Assembly: GCA_030704615.1 (NCBI GenBank) | Contig: CM060734.1 | Location: 39,804,001 to 39,868,000, forward strand | Reading direction: 5' to 3' | Source of the DNA: Takakia lepidozioides | Taxonomy: Eukaryota > Plantae > Bryophyta | DNA length: 64,000 nt | Part shown: positions 1 through 12,600 of the stretch, piece by piece | Layout of the letters: each line of letters opens with the position of its first letter | Numbering within the stretch: position 1 is the first letter of the stretch | The notes under the pieces: generated by a model | Database searches by the model: none | Told to the model about the DNA's origin: nothing | The model's input: the letters and a program-made list of their open reading frames with translations, nothing else | Made by a program: the position numbers and the translations under genes

Positions 1-354
1 TCCAGGACTTCAAATTGGTCAACCTGTCATGGGTGATGGCTGATTTGACTTGGTCTCCAACAGCAGTTTGTCGATCAGTGGCCTATGTACCGTCTTTAAG
101 GGCTTAATGCCACTACTGGAATCCTCTATTTTCTGATACAAACTATTTCGAGATAGTACGAGTTACGTGTTTGTGTGGAGGTTGAGAGGTGGTGTTGTCG
201 TGATCACTGTTTACTGAAACTCCAATAATTTTCCATTGAAGTACTAGTAACTACTCTCTCTGCTGGTGCTGATTCATGGTCAACTACCTAGGTTATCAGA
301 TCTCGATAAACATCAATTTGCTTTCAAAAGTCTTTACTAGTGCATAGATCTACA

Positions 355-436
355 GTCAAACCTAGATAAATGTTACATCTTTTTTTGTTATATCATCCTA
401 AAAGTTATGGTTTTCTTACTCTGTAAAAATATACAC
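355..436 (+). repeat. Dispersed repeat, related copy at about 50290-50373
   Basis: gtcaaacctagataaatgttacatctttttttgttat...aaaaatatacact aligns by eye with gtcgaccctagataaatgttaaatgttttttttgttat...aaaaatttacact at 50.3 kb. Confidence 0.6.
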
Positions 437-439
437 TAA

Positions 440-2036
440 GGGCCCGGCCGCACATGTCAGTTAGGAAGTCAATTAGGTTAGCTAATTGGTGTTAATGGCA
501 CGGTGACGGCCGCACCTGCCGATTACGTCGCCCGCTAGCTAACCGGCGATTAACTGACATTAAAATTTGGAACGGGGAGAGGCCGAGATTTAACACCTCC
601 TCCATGGAGGTGTTAAACCTCGGTCAACAATTAAAAATCGGACAGCGGAGCAGGCGTTCTCATGAACTCGTTCCATCATGAATCAGAGTGCAGGGGCCAT
701 CGCATTCTTAATCAACTCGTTCTATCAAGTGACTTGTTGGCAACAATCCAACTTTTCCACTGGTCTATCAGATATACATTCGGATTATGAATCTGTACGT
801 TTCATGCGGGCACAGTCAAGAACCGAGAGCTAACAAATACCTTCGACAATCCAACTTTTCCACTGGTCTATCAGATATACATTCGGATTATGAATCTGTA
901 CGTTGCATGCGGGCACAGTCAAGAACCGAGAGCTAACAAATACCTTCGACAAGAAGCTTCAAGGCACATAATCATACGCACTTATTCCAACCCTGCAGTC
1001 ACTTTAGACTGCATGGTTGATCTGATTCTATTTCTGCTCTTTGACGTGCACCAACACGAAGCTTGGCTACACCTTCCAAAACTTGACTACACAAAGGTTT
1101 TGTCGCTGGCTGTTCTACACTTATTTATTCTGTTGATGGCAATATGCATTAATGTGGGGGATGTAAGCATCCAGGCAACAGTGATGTGTAACCTCGTAGA
1201 GATCATTAAGGGGAATCCGCCATCCTGACTGGGCTGAATCCTCCTTCTTTTGTCAAGGAGATACAAAAGCCTTTCTACGAAGCGAATGCACAGCTGTTGA
1301 TGATTAATGAACTTTTGCCAGCACTTGCTGGGGCCTTGGCTGCAATCAGTGACCATTGATACTGCTCAAGAGAGCTGAGTCTTACAAAACACAAACTCAA
1401 ACATACGGCTACTAGGCAACCTGCATGTAATCGCAATGGATCACATAAGGGCAGTCTAGGAAAGTTTTGAACTTGGTGCTTTGATTACAAAGTACATCTT
1501 CAGTCATATGCTGTGGGTATGAAGACCTTACAAAGAGCCAGACTTTAATTATCAAAGTCTCGTATTTTGCTTCATCATGTCTTTGGGCTCCTCCATATTG
1601 TAGCTGAGACTGTGCATTCTTGGCAAGGCATCCAGTCACCATACAACAGATCAAGCCGGTTTGCTAAGCCCTGGCTGGATTGGTTAAAGTGGACCCTACT
1701 ATTTTCCATGTTTGTTTGGAGGTCCCTGGCATTTATCATTAGCTTGAAAACGGCTGCCATATGTGAATGAAGATCTTGCATATTTTAAGGTCTTGGATTC
1801 ATAATGACATAGGTTGGACAGAGCCACAGACATAGCTTGTGCGCACGAGGAGAGAGAAGATGGCGATGCCGTCGTGCAGGCAGGAAACCAGTTCGGGCAG
1901 CAGCGCGGCTAACAAACCGCATTGCACCAGTTAAACTTAACTAGCATGTGCAGCCGGCGATTAATTAACTATCCGGCCAGTCACGTAACTGACCGGTTAG
2001 CCTTCGGTTAGCTAACCGGCAAGTGCGGCCGGGGCC
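440..2036. mobile_element. Non-autonomous PIF/Harbinger-type TIR element
   Basis: TIR GGGCCCGGCCGCAC (440-453) vs GTGCGGCCGGGGCC (2023-2036), 1 mismatch, extending imperfectly to about 26 bp. TAA target duplication at 437-439 and 2037-2039. Subterminal gctaaccgg/ccggttag motifs. No transposase recognised. Confidence 0.8.
743..952. repeat. 103-bp tandem duplication
   Basis: 743-845 repeats at 846-948 with 1 mismatch; ACAA microhomology at the junctions. Confidence 0.95.
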
Positions 2037-3811
2037 TAAGAATGACAAAAAGAGTGTTATTTGTTATTTGTTATTGAATACCTACTCTCATCTTTGTTAA
2101 GACACCTCTGTAATTGTAACATTCAATAAATTAATAAGAAAATAAAAATGGTAATAGTATGCAAATTCAAATTCACTATTGAAATGGGCATTTGAACTTT
2201 TGAAATGGCCAAGAGAACCCTAACCGCCACCTATTAGGGTTTGGGGGGCCTCCAGGGAACTCGAGAACCTCCTAGTAGGGTACTGCGAATGTTTATGGGA
2301 ACAAAGAACAATAGATTAAGCACTATGTGATGACACCTTCAGTGCTACTGAGATACTATGAGCGTGTGTCTGAAGAAGAGAGGAAGCATCGGTGCTACCA
2401 TTGTACGTGTCGGCAATGTCTTGTTAGGTGGATCACGGCAAAATGTTTCAAAGTGCTCTTTCAAAGTGTTCATCTATGGAGAAGATAAATAGTTTGTCTT
2501 GCATCTTGCTAAGCAGACAAACTGCCGGCAGTGAGACATTACGTCATATTTTCTGCCCTCTCTCTAAATGTTATCTTGCATCTGAAGGACCTATTTTAAT
2601 GTGAAATTTCTAATTGTTACGAAATTTCAACCTGTTTTACTGTTATTTGATATAACTGCCTAATTGTTATAGAGTTCATACTCTTGGAGCATAACGATTA
2701 TCCAGGTTTGACTGTATGTAAGCCCATGTTGGCGTTATATCAATAAGAATAGGTAATGGATTTGACGAGCACTTAATCCCTAGTGGGCGTCCTATCATGA
2801 CCATTAAATGATGTACTGGCATGTAGATCTTGAAGTGTAAAATTATGTTTGTTCCATTCAGAGTATATGTGAGGCCTATATATACCTCGTACATGAACAC
2901 ATCTCTAAAGTTCCCAAGATGTTGCACACGGGTTGAGGATTACCATGCCAATCGACCTACTGGGAGTAAAGAAGGCAACGTCCATTTTATCTGCTTGGCT
3001 TTGGCTCTCTATCTTGTGAGTATTTGGCTGCTGAACCCCGACCTCACTTGAGAATTCAATAGCTACATGTTGTTTAACTCACCAGGCGTCCCAATTTGTA
3101 CATGTATGCATGTTAACCAATCTGAACCTCATGGGACTTGATTGTCTAGTATTTATCCAGACATGAGCTAAAAAACAAGAGCTTCTAGTAGTACTTCTAC
3201 TGTATTTTCATATTTTAATGTTCATCTAGATCAAATTTCCATGTTTGTTGATCAATTGAATCTGTGATATATATTATTAGTGAAACTGGATTTTGTCAAA
3301 CTAATACCATGTGTGGTGAAAGTATGGGAGCAAGAGCGGATGATTTAGAAGTACCATCTCTCGTATAAAGCTTTCTATGGAGGCAAGCGGGGAGGAGTAG
3401 CATCTCTACTGTGTGTTGGTCACTTTCCATCTGCTCAGGTATATTTCTGTGTGTCTCTCATGAATCTAATCTAGTAATATGATGCATATTGGAGGAACTA
3501 TGTAGAAACTAGAAATTTTTTCCATCAGGGTCAAAGGACGAGCAAGGCCAAAGGTGTGGAAGCCATACGCCGATAGCGTTCAATTACCTGCTGAATTGAA
3601 CTTCCTAGGAAAGACCTCATACCTTCTGTGCTCCACCTGTTCATTACTACTATAATGCGCGTATGTAACAAGTATTATTTTCAAGTCTAATACTTGATCA
3701 TGCATAGACTTGAATGTACTGATTGTATAAAGTAAATATTATATGGATTTGGTTTAAGTGTAGTGTTGTATCAAAAATATCATAGATGAGCATAAGGGGA
3801 GCATAACTAAG

Positions 3812-4220
3812 AATGGAATTGACAAAAGAAGGGTTGGTTCGACAATATGATTATCCATATATTGTTGGAGATTGTCCTTTTTGATTTCATGGGTTTTCTT
3901 TTGAATTACAAGCAATCTTTTGTATCTCTACGACAAATGCAGCGTGTTATTTAAAAAAAGTGTTGGATTTCCAATATTCCCAACCAGCTATAGATTGTCG
4001 AAAACAACTTTATTCAGAATTTCTTATGTCTTTGCATGATGGACAAGTCAGCACATTAGAAATATAGATTGAAAAAATATATGTAAGCGCAACCAATGGA
4101 AGATTGTGGGGAGACTTCACAACCATTTTTTGGTTGTCTGATTATCTTTTTTCCTCCAATATTTGTTTGGTCCCGAACGAGTACAAGAATCATGACAAAA
4201 TGTGGTGAACAATTCAACCG
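3812..4220 (+). pseudogene. Decayed OTU-like cysteine protease, probably a Helitron/Helentron-type relic
   Basis: Manual translation across frameshifts and a stop: YDYPYIVGDC/LFDFMGFLLNY...LHDGQVSTLEI*IEKIYVSATNGRLWGDFTTIFWLSDYL/PIFVWSR. Shows the GDCLF Cys box and the WG motif of OTU domains. Confidence 0.65.
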
Positions 4221-5547
4221 TCCTCCAGACGTTGACAGCTCAGCGGTCCTAGCCGTGGTGCTCGTTGCTAGCAAACCATTGCTGCAAGTTGTGGTGGTAA
4301 TGACGTGACGTGACGAGGAGGAATCGCGGCTTAAAGAATCGATGCTTGAAAGGTAGTTGTCATTCTCTTTTGTTCTTCTCTCGTGTCTCTTCCTCCTTCT
4401 GTGGGGCCCTCTTTGCGAGGACGTGGTGAGAGGAGATTATGGCGGATCATTTTGCTCTCTCGGAGGGTTTGGCTTATAATCTAGTAGCCGAGTGCAGGAT
4501 CTGTTGAAAAGAAGAACCGATTGCTAACCTGGTGTCTCCATGTGGGTACGATGAAAATATGAAGGTAGGTAGCTCTGTCTGTCTGTTGTATTGGTTACAT
4601 TGGTTGTACTGTTATATTGGTTGTATTGTACTGCCATTTTATTGCAATTCGAGCGGTAGAGGTGAGACTGCAAAGTCATGTTTCTCCCTTGGGTTGCGTT
4701 GATTGCAGTTTGCACATGGGAGTTGCTTATAGCGCTAGATCAACATCAAGTCGAAGGCACAACAGCGAGCCTATGTAGCAAGACATTCAAAAGGAAGGGA
4801 GCTCACTACTTTGCAGGAAGGAGCGCTTATGATGATGCTCAAGCCAGGGAAGAAGAAGAACTTGGAGTTGTCGTGCGAATGCCCTTATTCGTTCCAAATG
4901 TACGATGACAAACACACGGACCGCGCCAAGAGAGAATGAGAGCGAATTTCCGTGCTGGAGGACGGAGCAGACAAGCATTGGAACATATCGAGACGCGACG
5001 TGAAGCTACTGCAGGTTGAGTGAACTTTGGTTGGAGGGCCAGCCAGTTAAAAGTGGGAGGACTTACATCTGTAGGTCGAATGCATGTGTCGAGGGAAACA
5101 CAGAGGTGTGCAAACATGAAAGGTGGACTGGGTACAGTTTGCTGAGGAGGTGAGCTACCCCTCTGCGAGGATCGCAAAGGGTATGAAGTCGGATCCCTCC
5201 AGACTCTTGCAACATAGACAAGGGGTCATCCATCTCATGGAGATGGCAGGTATGGAAAACCTCTTGCCCGAAGGTTATGAACAGCTGCCGATATCCATGG
5301 AGATGGAGGAGGTGCCCTTGAACATGGGTGTTACGAAACAACACACAAAGTCGGGTATGACGGCTGCCACTATCATCACCATGAAGATTGAACAACACAA
5401 AAAGGATGGCCAAATTGAGAGAGAAATAGTAGCAGGGTGTACGCACACTGAGACGACAAAGCTACTGCAGATAAAGCCCATGTATTGGATCAGGAATTGT
5501 AGGCGGCCTTTGCACACAGGAAGAAAATTGAAGGGGACAGTTCAGAC

Positions 5548-5930
5548 TTGTTGGTCATTAAAAGACAACATGAAAGCAATGTGGAAAAATGCAGGGTTGC
5601 AGTGGAACTCGCAGAAGTGGAGGAGGCACGCGGGGTGCAGGTTGCCTTACAGGAAGCTCAAAATGATTTGTGTGCAACCAAGTTTCACAATAATTTGGTG
5701 GTACAGTATTTGTTACGACTTGAGATTGATGCTTCCGGGATAGTGGGTCCCAAACCTATAGCCTACCCCAAAATGCCCGACACTGGCCACCCTGTTCAGA
5801 CCATTGATCTCCTCCCTTGTCCAGTTTGCAAGAGAGGTTTTGACATGGTTGCTTCTTGCAAACATACCTATCATCTTACCTGTTTGGGCATTTGGAGATC
5901 AATGACAGTTGTCTTGCTTGTGGGAAGTAG
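5548..5930 (+). pseudogene. Frameshifted RING-H2 finger with an upstream coiled-coil-like segment
   Basis: CPVCKRGF-DMVASCKHTYHLTCL, then after a frameshift HLEINDSCLACGK*, giving C3H2C3 spacing. Confidence 0.55.
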
Positions 5931-6330
5931 TTGAGTGACGCATGAAGGAGGTCTACAGGGCTTGATGTTGAACGGCAATGACAAATGAAATGTCAAAACA
6001 ACACACACACAGCCCGATAGCCCCTTCTGGTATCATTCCCTCCTCTTTTGCTCACTCATATTCACACCATGGTCTATTAGGCATTGCTATGCTATCATTT
6101 GTCCTTTCAGGTAAAATTTTGTACTTTTGGTAGTGTGTGTGATGTTCCCTAAGTTTGCCCATACATGTATTCAGATTGTGTTAATTACTGCTTTGCACAA
6201 ATGTCTAGAAGTGTGCTCATGTCTGTGACCATTGGCTCCATGCTTGTAGAAACTTAGGGTTTGGAGACTTAAGGCACGAGATGTTGGGGAGAGAAGCGGA
6301 AATCGCGATTTTTCATTGAAGAGGTGATAA

Positions 6331-6548
6331 GATGAAATTATTAATTTTCATCAACGGATGGATGACGGACGATTTGGATGACGAGCAGTGATGAAATTAC
6401 TAATTCTCATCAATGGATGGACGATGGGTGATTTGGATGATGGTCATTGATGAAATCACTAGTTTTCATTTGTGGATGGATTACGGGCTGGCAGGATGAC
6501 GGGATGATGAAAATGCAAATAGAATGTTGATTTTTCATTACATAGAGA
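6331..6548 (-). repeat. Three 59-bp tandem units with internal palindrome, next to a probable Helitron 5' terminus
   Basis: Units start at 6331, 6390 and 6449; units 1-2 carry GATGAAA-N8-TTYCATC and unit 3 is degenerate. The minus strand from 6548 reads A|TCTCTATGTAAT, a Helitron-like 5' TC end. Confidence 0.55.
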
Positions 6549-9500
6549 TGTTAAGCACAAAGGAAATGAAAGCGCACCATACTTCCACGGGTTCAGTTGC
6601 ATATGATCTCCCCGAAGATGCTCCACCACCTTATTCACACCACTGGATTCACATTCCTGTGATCAAGCATGCTGCTAGAGTCATCACCATGTGGTGGTGC
6701 TATGCTTATAACTCTAGCAGCAGCATACATCAATCTGAAAATTAGTGTGGATATATTGTGGCACTCGCTTTTCACTATTCACTCAACCGCCTCACAAGTG
6801 AAATAGTTCATATAGAGTTTTCAATCTTAGATTTAAAATGTTGTCACCCAATCACATTATGACAGCACATCGGCATGTACTACAGAATTGACGCAACGCC
6901 CAACTGTTCTCCAAATTAATTTAAAATGGTTAAGATCTAGACCTGTGTGTGCTTTCGAGAGATGAACTGCACTATCATGAAGCACATCTGAAGGTAGAGA
7001 AAAAAACTTTGTGTAGCTGAAATTATACATAAAAATCATTTGTCAAATGTTAATGTTTGGCAACCCATAGCACATTTGATGATTCTATATCCAATTCAAT
7101 AATCAAACCAACTAAAATCATCAAAAATAAAACTTCAACTTCCACGTTCGATAAATCTAAACATAAATTCCTTCAGAGATTTCGATGGACCGATGAATTT
7201 ATAAAATACTATTCAATATATGTTAAAACTGCGCTTGTTATAATAGCTCAAATATGTGGAAATATGAATCCACATTTGATCTTAACTCATGTGCAAGTAC
7301 GTCGACTTTTATGTATTCTAAAGAGGAAACAGACGAAAATTTGTGCAAATGATTTGAAAACACCAAAATTTGATACCACTAAAGCGAGCATGAATGTGAA
7401 CACAAATATAGCATTAACTTCATAATCTAACGCTGATATTGAAATAAATATTTTCACAACAAATATCCATGATTTTGCATATAACGTTTTCATTGGACAA
7501 AAAGAGCTCAACAAAGAATTCTTGCATATTAACAAACAAATCCCAATTTTCAAAAAAAATTGGCAATAAATTTTTATGCTCTTATATTAAAACTGTCTTT
7601 GAAACAAATTATTCGACATTTATATTTATTAGGAAAAAAATGTGACACACAATAGATCGAGAAAATTTTATAAAAAACCAAAAAACTCTAAAAAAATGAC
7701 ATTTCAAAAAACTATAATCTTTGTGCTAATATCCGTGTTGCAATGACTCCGCCAATCATTGAACCTGTTCCGACACCACGACTCGTTCTTTTTGCTAGGA
7801 TTGTCCCTGTAATTCCGCAAACGATTGAATTCTCCTCCTCTAGAGAATGAAACCATTAGGAATGACATTTGATGATGAAACATGAACAAATAGCATGGGG
7901 CTCGTGAATCACCATCGGAGAGGTTTCAGTCGGTGCAACAACAATAGAACTCTTCACTATTACATTAGTAGACCCCAACATGCAAGTGTTAGGCACTACA
8001 TCATGATTAACGATTAGTTACAAGCTCATGATCTACAACATAAGTCTCTGTCAATGAGGTGTCTATCGCCAAGACATCCCATGAATTATTACCAACCGAC
8101 TGTGGCATCGCACCAAAATCTGGACAAGCAATTGAAGGTGCTACAGACTCGAGCAAGAGAACCTCATGATCATGAGGGAGTGATAAAGAATTGATAAGTG
8201 TAGACGAAGATCTTCCATATAACTCTTCACAAGAATGTTGCTCCAAGCGTTTTCATTGGAGGGTCACCAACACATAGAACTCGTTTTCCACATCATGAGC
8301 GCTATTTCTTAACGACTCTCATATCAGGGACAAATTTGAGGCAATCCTCATTTTCATGTTCGGGGAGAAGCTCAAAAGAGGGTGCCAGAGACACAACAGT
8401 TTGAGTAACGTTGCGTCCTAAAGGATTGCTGAGATACAAACCTTGACTTTAGTTCTCTCCATCTCTCAGCACCCTCATTGAAAAAATCCATGCACTGCTA
8501 TTAGCTCACTTTGCGACCTCAGAACTCGGCTGCTAGTCGCCGAAGAGGTAGGAAGGTAGAATGACCTATTTAGCATGTCAAGTTAATCAAGGTTGAATTG
8601 ATCTGAAGATGCTCAAAGGACTTTAGAAAATGGACAACAGAGATGGGAAAAATCTAACGGCTCAATTGATCCTAAAACCGGTTATGTCCAATAGCCAGTG
8701 CGAGTCCTGCGGCTCGACTATTCAGGGCCCCAAATTATAGCCCGTAACCACGCTCCTCGCACCGGCTACCTAGGGTAACTGTACCTATCATTGCCCATTT
8801 AAGACTTTGAGAAGCCATAACTTGTTCATATGATCATATTATGGTGCAAAATTTGGACCTAGGGGGAGGTTGGCAAGTTGGCTTCAAAACCCAATTTACG
8901 AAATTCACAAAAACCCAATACACTGCATTGAAGTGTTGGGCACAACGAGCCTATATAATCTTCGTAAAACCAAGTATCATTGCCCCTATCATTGCACACC
9001 ATTCGCAAACCCCTAAGCACGGTCGACGGGCACCCGATTGATGGGTGTACAGCGATAGGTGCTGGGATGTGCAATCATAGGGGGTTGCGCTGTCCACAGG
9101 TGCGCAATGATAGGGGCTGGGTGCGCGATGGTAGGGGTTTGTGCAATGACCTAATACATAGAGCTCCATAGTGGGTCTCTCTTGGCATTCTTTTTCACCA
9201 CTGGGACTGTTGCTTTCTGTCTGCGTTGTCTTTGAGACCAGATTCTCCCTCAGAACTTGATCTTGCGCAATAAAAAAAATTATATATTTTCCTTAAACAT
9301 TATATAATAATTTGTTTTTTTCTTAGGGTGGGTGACCCCTCAGGTCCTGTGGCCCAGTACCTGGCACGTGGCACCATTCTGGTATTTACAATTATAATTA
9401 CGTGGAATTGAGAATATTAGGGGCCACAGAAACTGCCTGCTCCAGTGAGGTCACAGGTGTACTGAAATGAGTGATGGATGAAATAACTGTGGATGATTCA

Positions 9501-9673
9501 TAGATGAAACTTTTGAGCTCGCAGAGTTTTCCTACGGTGTGTGGGAGAGAGATTGCAGAGGCGGAGGAAGGGAGGGAGACGAGAGAAGGGAAGGGAGTAG
9601 AGATTAATGGAAGAATTGAAGGTCTTGGAGGTAGAGACTGCAATCTTGGTGGCTGTTTAGAGCAAGAACCGAC

Positions 9674-12600
9674 ATGTCTAATGGGTGTGGAGGCAGTCTG
9701 ATGGCTCCTGGGATCGTTCCCGTGCAGACGGGCTTTCGAGTGCCGAAGGCATTGGCGAAAGATACTCGCACATCAGCCCATCCTTACAATGCACGGGTTG
9801 CGGCTCTCAGGAAAGCTCGAAAATCATGTCTCGCATCTTCTCAAGCGTCAATTTCAACCAGGCTGGTCAAGGGAGTGTTGAGAAAGCTTCCATCGAACGC
9901 TCAACACGAGGCTGGGTTTTTTGAGCGTCCCGGTCCTGGTGAAGAATGGCATCAGCCCCCTTGGGGCAGGGGTGTTTCTTCTTTTTGTCAAGGATCTCGG
10001 GTCTTGGCTCGAGTTACTGGCTCCGGTATCACCGTGCGGAGTTCCCCTCCAAAATTTGTAGTTCGCCCATACGCCCGGCCTTATGGAAACTCCCACAAAA
10101 GAACTGCTCTGTTGAAAAAATGCACTTCAAATGGACTGCAAAGAAGAGAGTGTGGGGCAGGTGGGTCGGTCGTTTCCACTTATGAAATATCTCCAGACTT
10201 CGATAGAGATACAACCATTTCAACAATTGGAGGTTTTACGAACGCAACCCCTGATGTCCTAGTGGGACCTGGCTGTGGCGTCAGAGCTGCAAGAGTGTCT
10301 GCTTTTGGTTCAGTGAATGTTCAGACTTCAAGATCTCGTTTTTTTGGTGGTGGTGAATTTATCTCAGCTGTGGGAAAGCACTCGAAGGGTCCTCATCGGG
10401 GAAATGTGCCACGGAACGCGATCTCGGGTAAATTCAAGACGATGGGGTTCGAGGTGAAAGGGGAGAGGCGTGCCAGGAACACGGCCAGACGCGTTTTCCA
10501 GCAGTCTTACCCTCTTTCCGGTGGAGGATCGAGCGGAAACGGTAAGTGTGGATCAAGTTTCCATCTTGCTGATGGCTTGTCTATGGAAGTGATGGTAGTT
10601 TTCGTTATAGGTCACAGGCGCCCATGGCCACAAAGCAGCTGCAGTGGCATTTGAAGCCACTTGTAAAACCATGAGGGATTGGAGGTCTTATCCGTCTTTC
10701 TTCCCCTCCTCTACACAGGCAGATGTGATCTGTTTCAGATGGGGGGCTAGTGCAGGAGTTCTGGAATCACCATGTGCTTTTAAAGATGAAGACTCAATTC
10801 CCTATGATTGGATTGCAATTAGCTGGGCAAGCTCAGACTTAGGTTCTCATACCGTGGGTGGGTAGAAACTCCACATCTGGGAGGGTTCATAACTCATTAG
10901 AATTAGGGTGTGTCAAACATATTTCTAGTCAATGAGGATATATGTCTCTGCCCTCCACACTCTCTCCCAATTCAATCGATGAATTGTGATTTTACGTTGG
11001 ACTCTTGCCAAAATTCCCCACACACATTCAATCAACTTTTTGGAACTTATGCCTGAGCCTCAACTGTACAACCTGCAGATGCAGTCATGCATGGGGGTCC
11101 AGAGAATGGGAGAGCGAGGGTGACAACGGCAGCTATGCAAGCAGGGGTGAAGGAAGAGACATTCAGAGCTGTTGAGAGGCCCATGGGTGATGAGAACATC
11201 CAAGAAACAGAGAATCCACCCTGGGACTTCAAGCACGTGGGGTGCCCGGAAAGTAAGCTTTCCTTTCAATCTGCAGAAAATGCGAAGCTTGACAGCTCGG
11301 CCAACTCCAAGACTTCAGAGTTGGGGCCTGGGGTGGCCATGGATTCCGGAAATTGTCATGAGCTTGTAGAAATGGAGCTGGCATTTGACAGAGAGGCCAA
11401 TGAAAGAGTGGCCAATGGTGCTTTCAGTGGACCCAGCACAAGAGTTGTAGAGAGAAGTGAAGTACTAGGATCTGCAGAGACTGGTGACGAAGCACAAGTA
11501 ACAACCGACAGTGCCTTAAGGAATGTGTCATGGCAAGTGGAGGAGAAAACCCAGTTTGAGGGGTCCCTGAATGGAGGTAATATCTTTAACAGCCATTTTG
11601 TTTATTGGACTTCCGTTAATTTTTTTGTGGATTAACGTCATTTGCAGTTTTGACAGATGGCTCAAAATGATCCACCTGTCTTTTTTTGTGGCTCCCCCCT
11701 CACACCCATAATATGAAAATACTAATCAAACCATAGGATCCACGCAGGAAATTGGAAACTCATTCGAGTAATTCTTGATAAGGATTGACATGCTGCATGC
11801 AGTAATAGGAAGAATCTGTGTCTAACTCAAAATACAAATCACACCAACTTTCTGGCTGGATGCAGGGCTTGCAGGAGAGAGGCCTTACATACCTGCTGTG
11901 GAAGACAGTGCTCTGGAGTCTGCAGTAGTAGAGAGATCAGCAATTAGGCGGCACAAGAGTGTTTCTTTGGGGACCAAAGAAGCCGACAGACACAAGTTTC
12001 AGGTGTTTAGTGAGGGAGGGGCCCCAGCTATGGAAGAAGAGAGTACTGCGTGGAAGGCTGCAGTTGCAGAAACTGTGGAAAATTTGCATCGGAATGGCAG
12101 TCAACTGGTCAAACAAAGGATAGATAGGGTGTCTAGTACAGTCCTAAAGCCAGGTGACTCTTGTTCAAAAGAAACCACTCATGAAAAAAAATGGAGGGGC
12201 AAGTGGTGGGAAGGGATAGATACAGCTTGGCAGAATACAGGCATCCCAATGGTTTTGGCTAACGACATGAAGGTGGTTCAAGGTTGGGTGCAAACTGCGG
12301 GTAAGAGGACAGGTGTTGCCGACATAGCAGCAAAGGATGCGGAGTACATAAGGCAAAAGGCAACATGGGCCAATGAGATTGCCATTCCTGCATTTAGCGA
12401 AGGAGTCAACGATGCTTTTGCTCTGAAGACTTTGGAGGACCCCAATGCAGTACCACTGCCCCACTCATCGTGGCCTCAGCCTTTCTACCCTGGTGTGTTA
12501 GATGGTCCATGTTTGAGGCATAATTTTCTTGTTGTTGTGTGTCCATGTGCCTCTACGTGGGTGGCGAGATTAGATCATGCTTATAAACACTCCGATGGGG

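Noticed and set aside
2330-3700. Cys/His-rich exon-like fragments, possibly a transposase
   Set aside because: Too degraded to assign
6331-6510. CRISPR-like palindromic repeat with regular spacing
   Set aside because: The intervening sequences are homologous to each other, the context is eukaryotic and there are no cas genes
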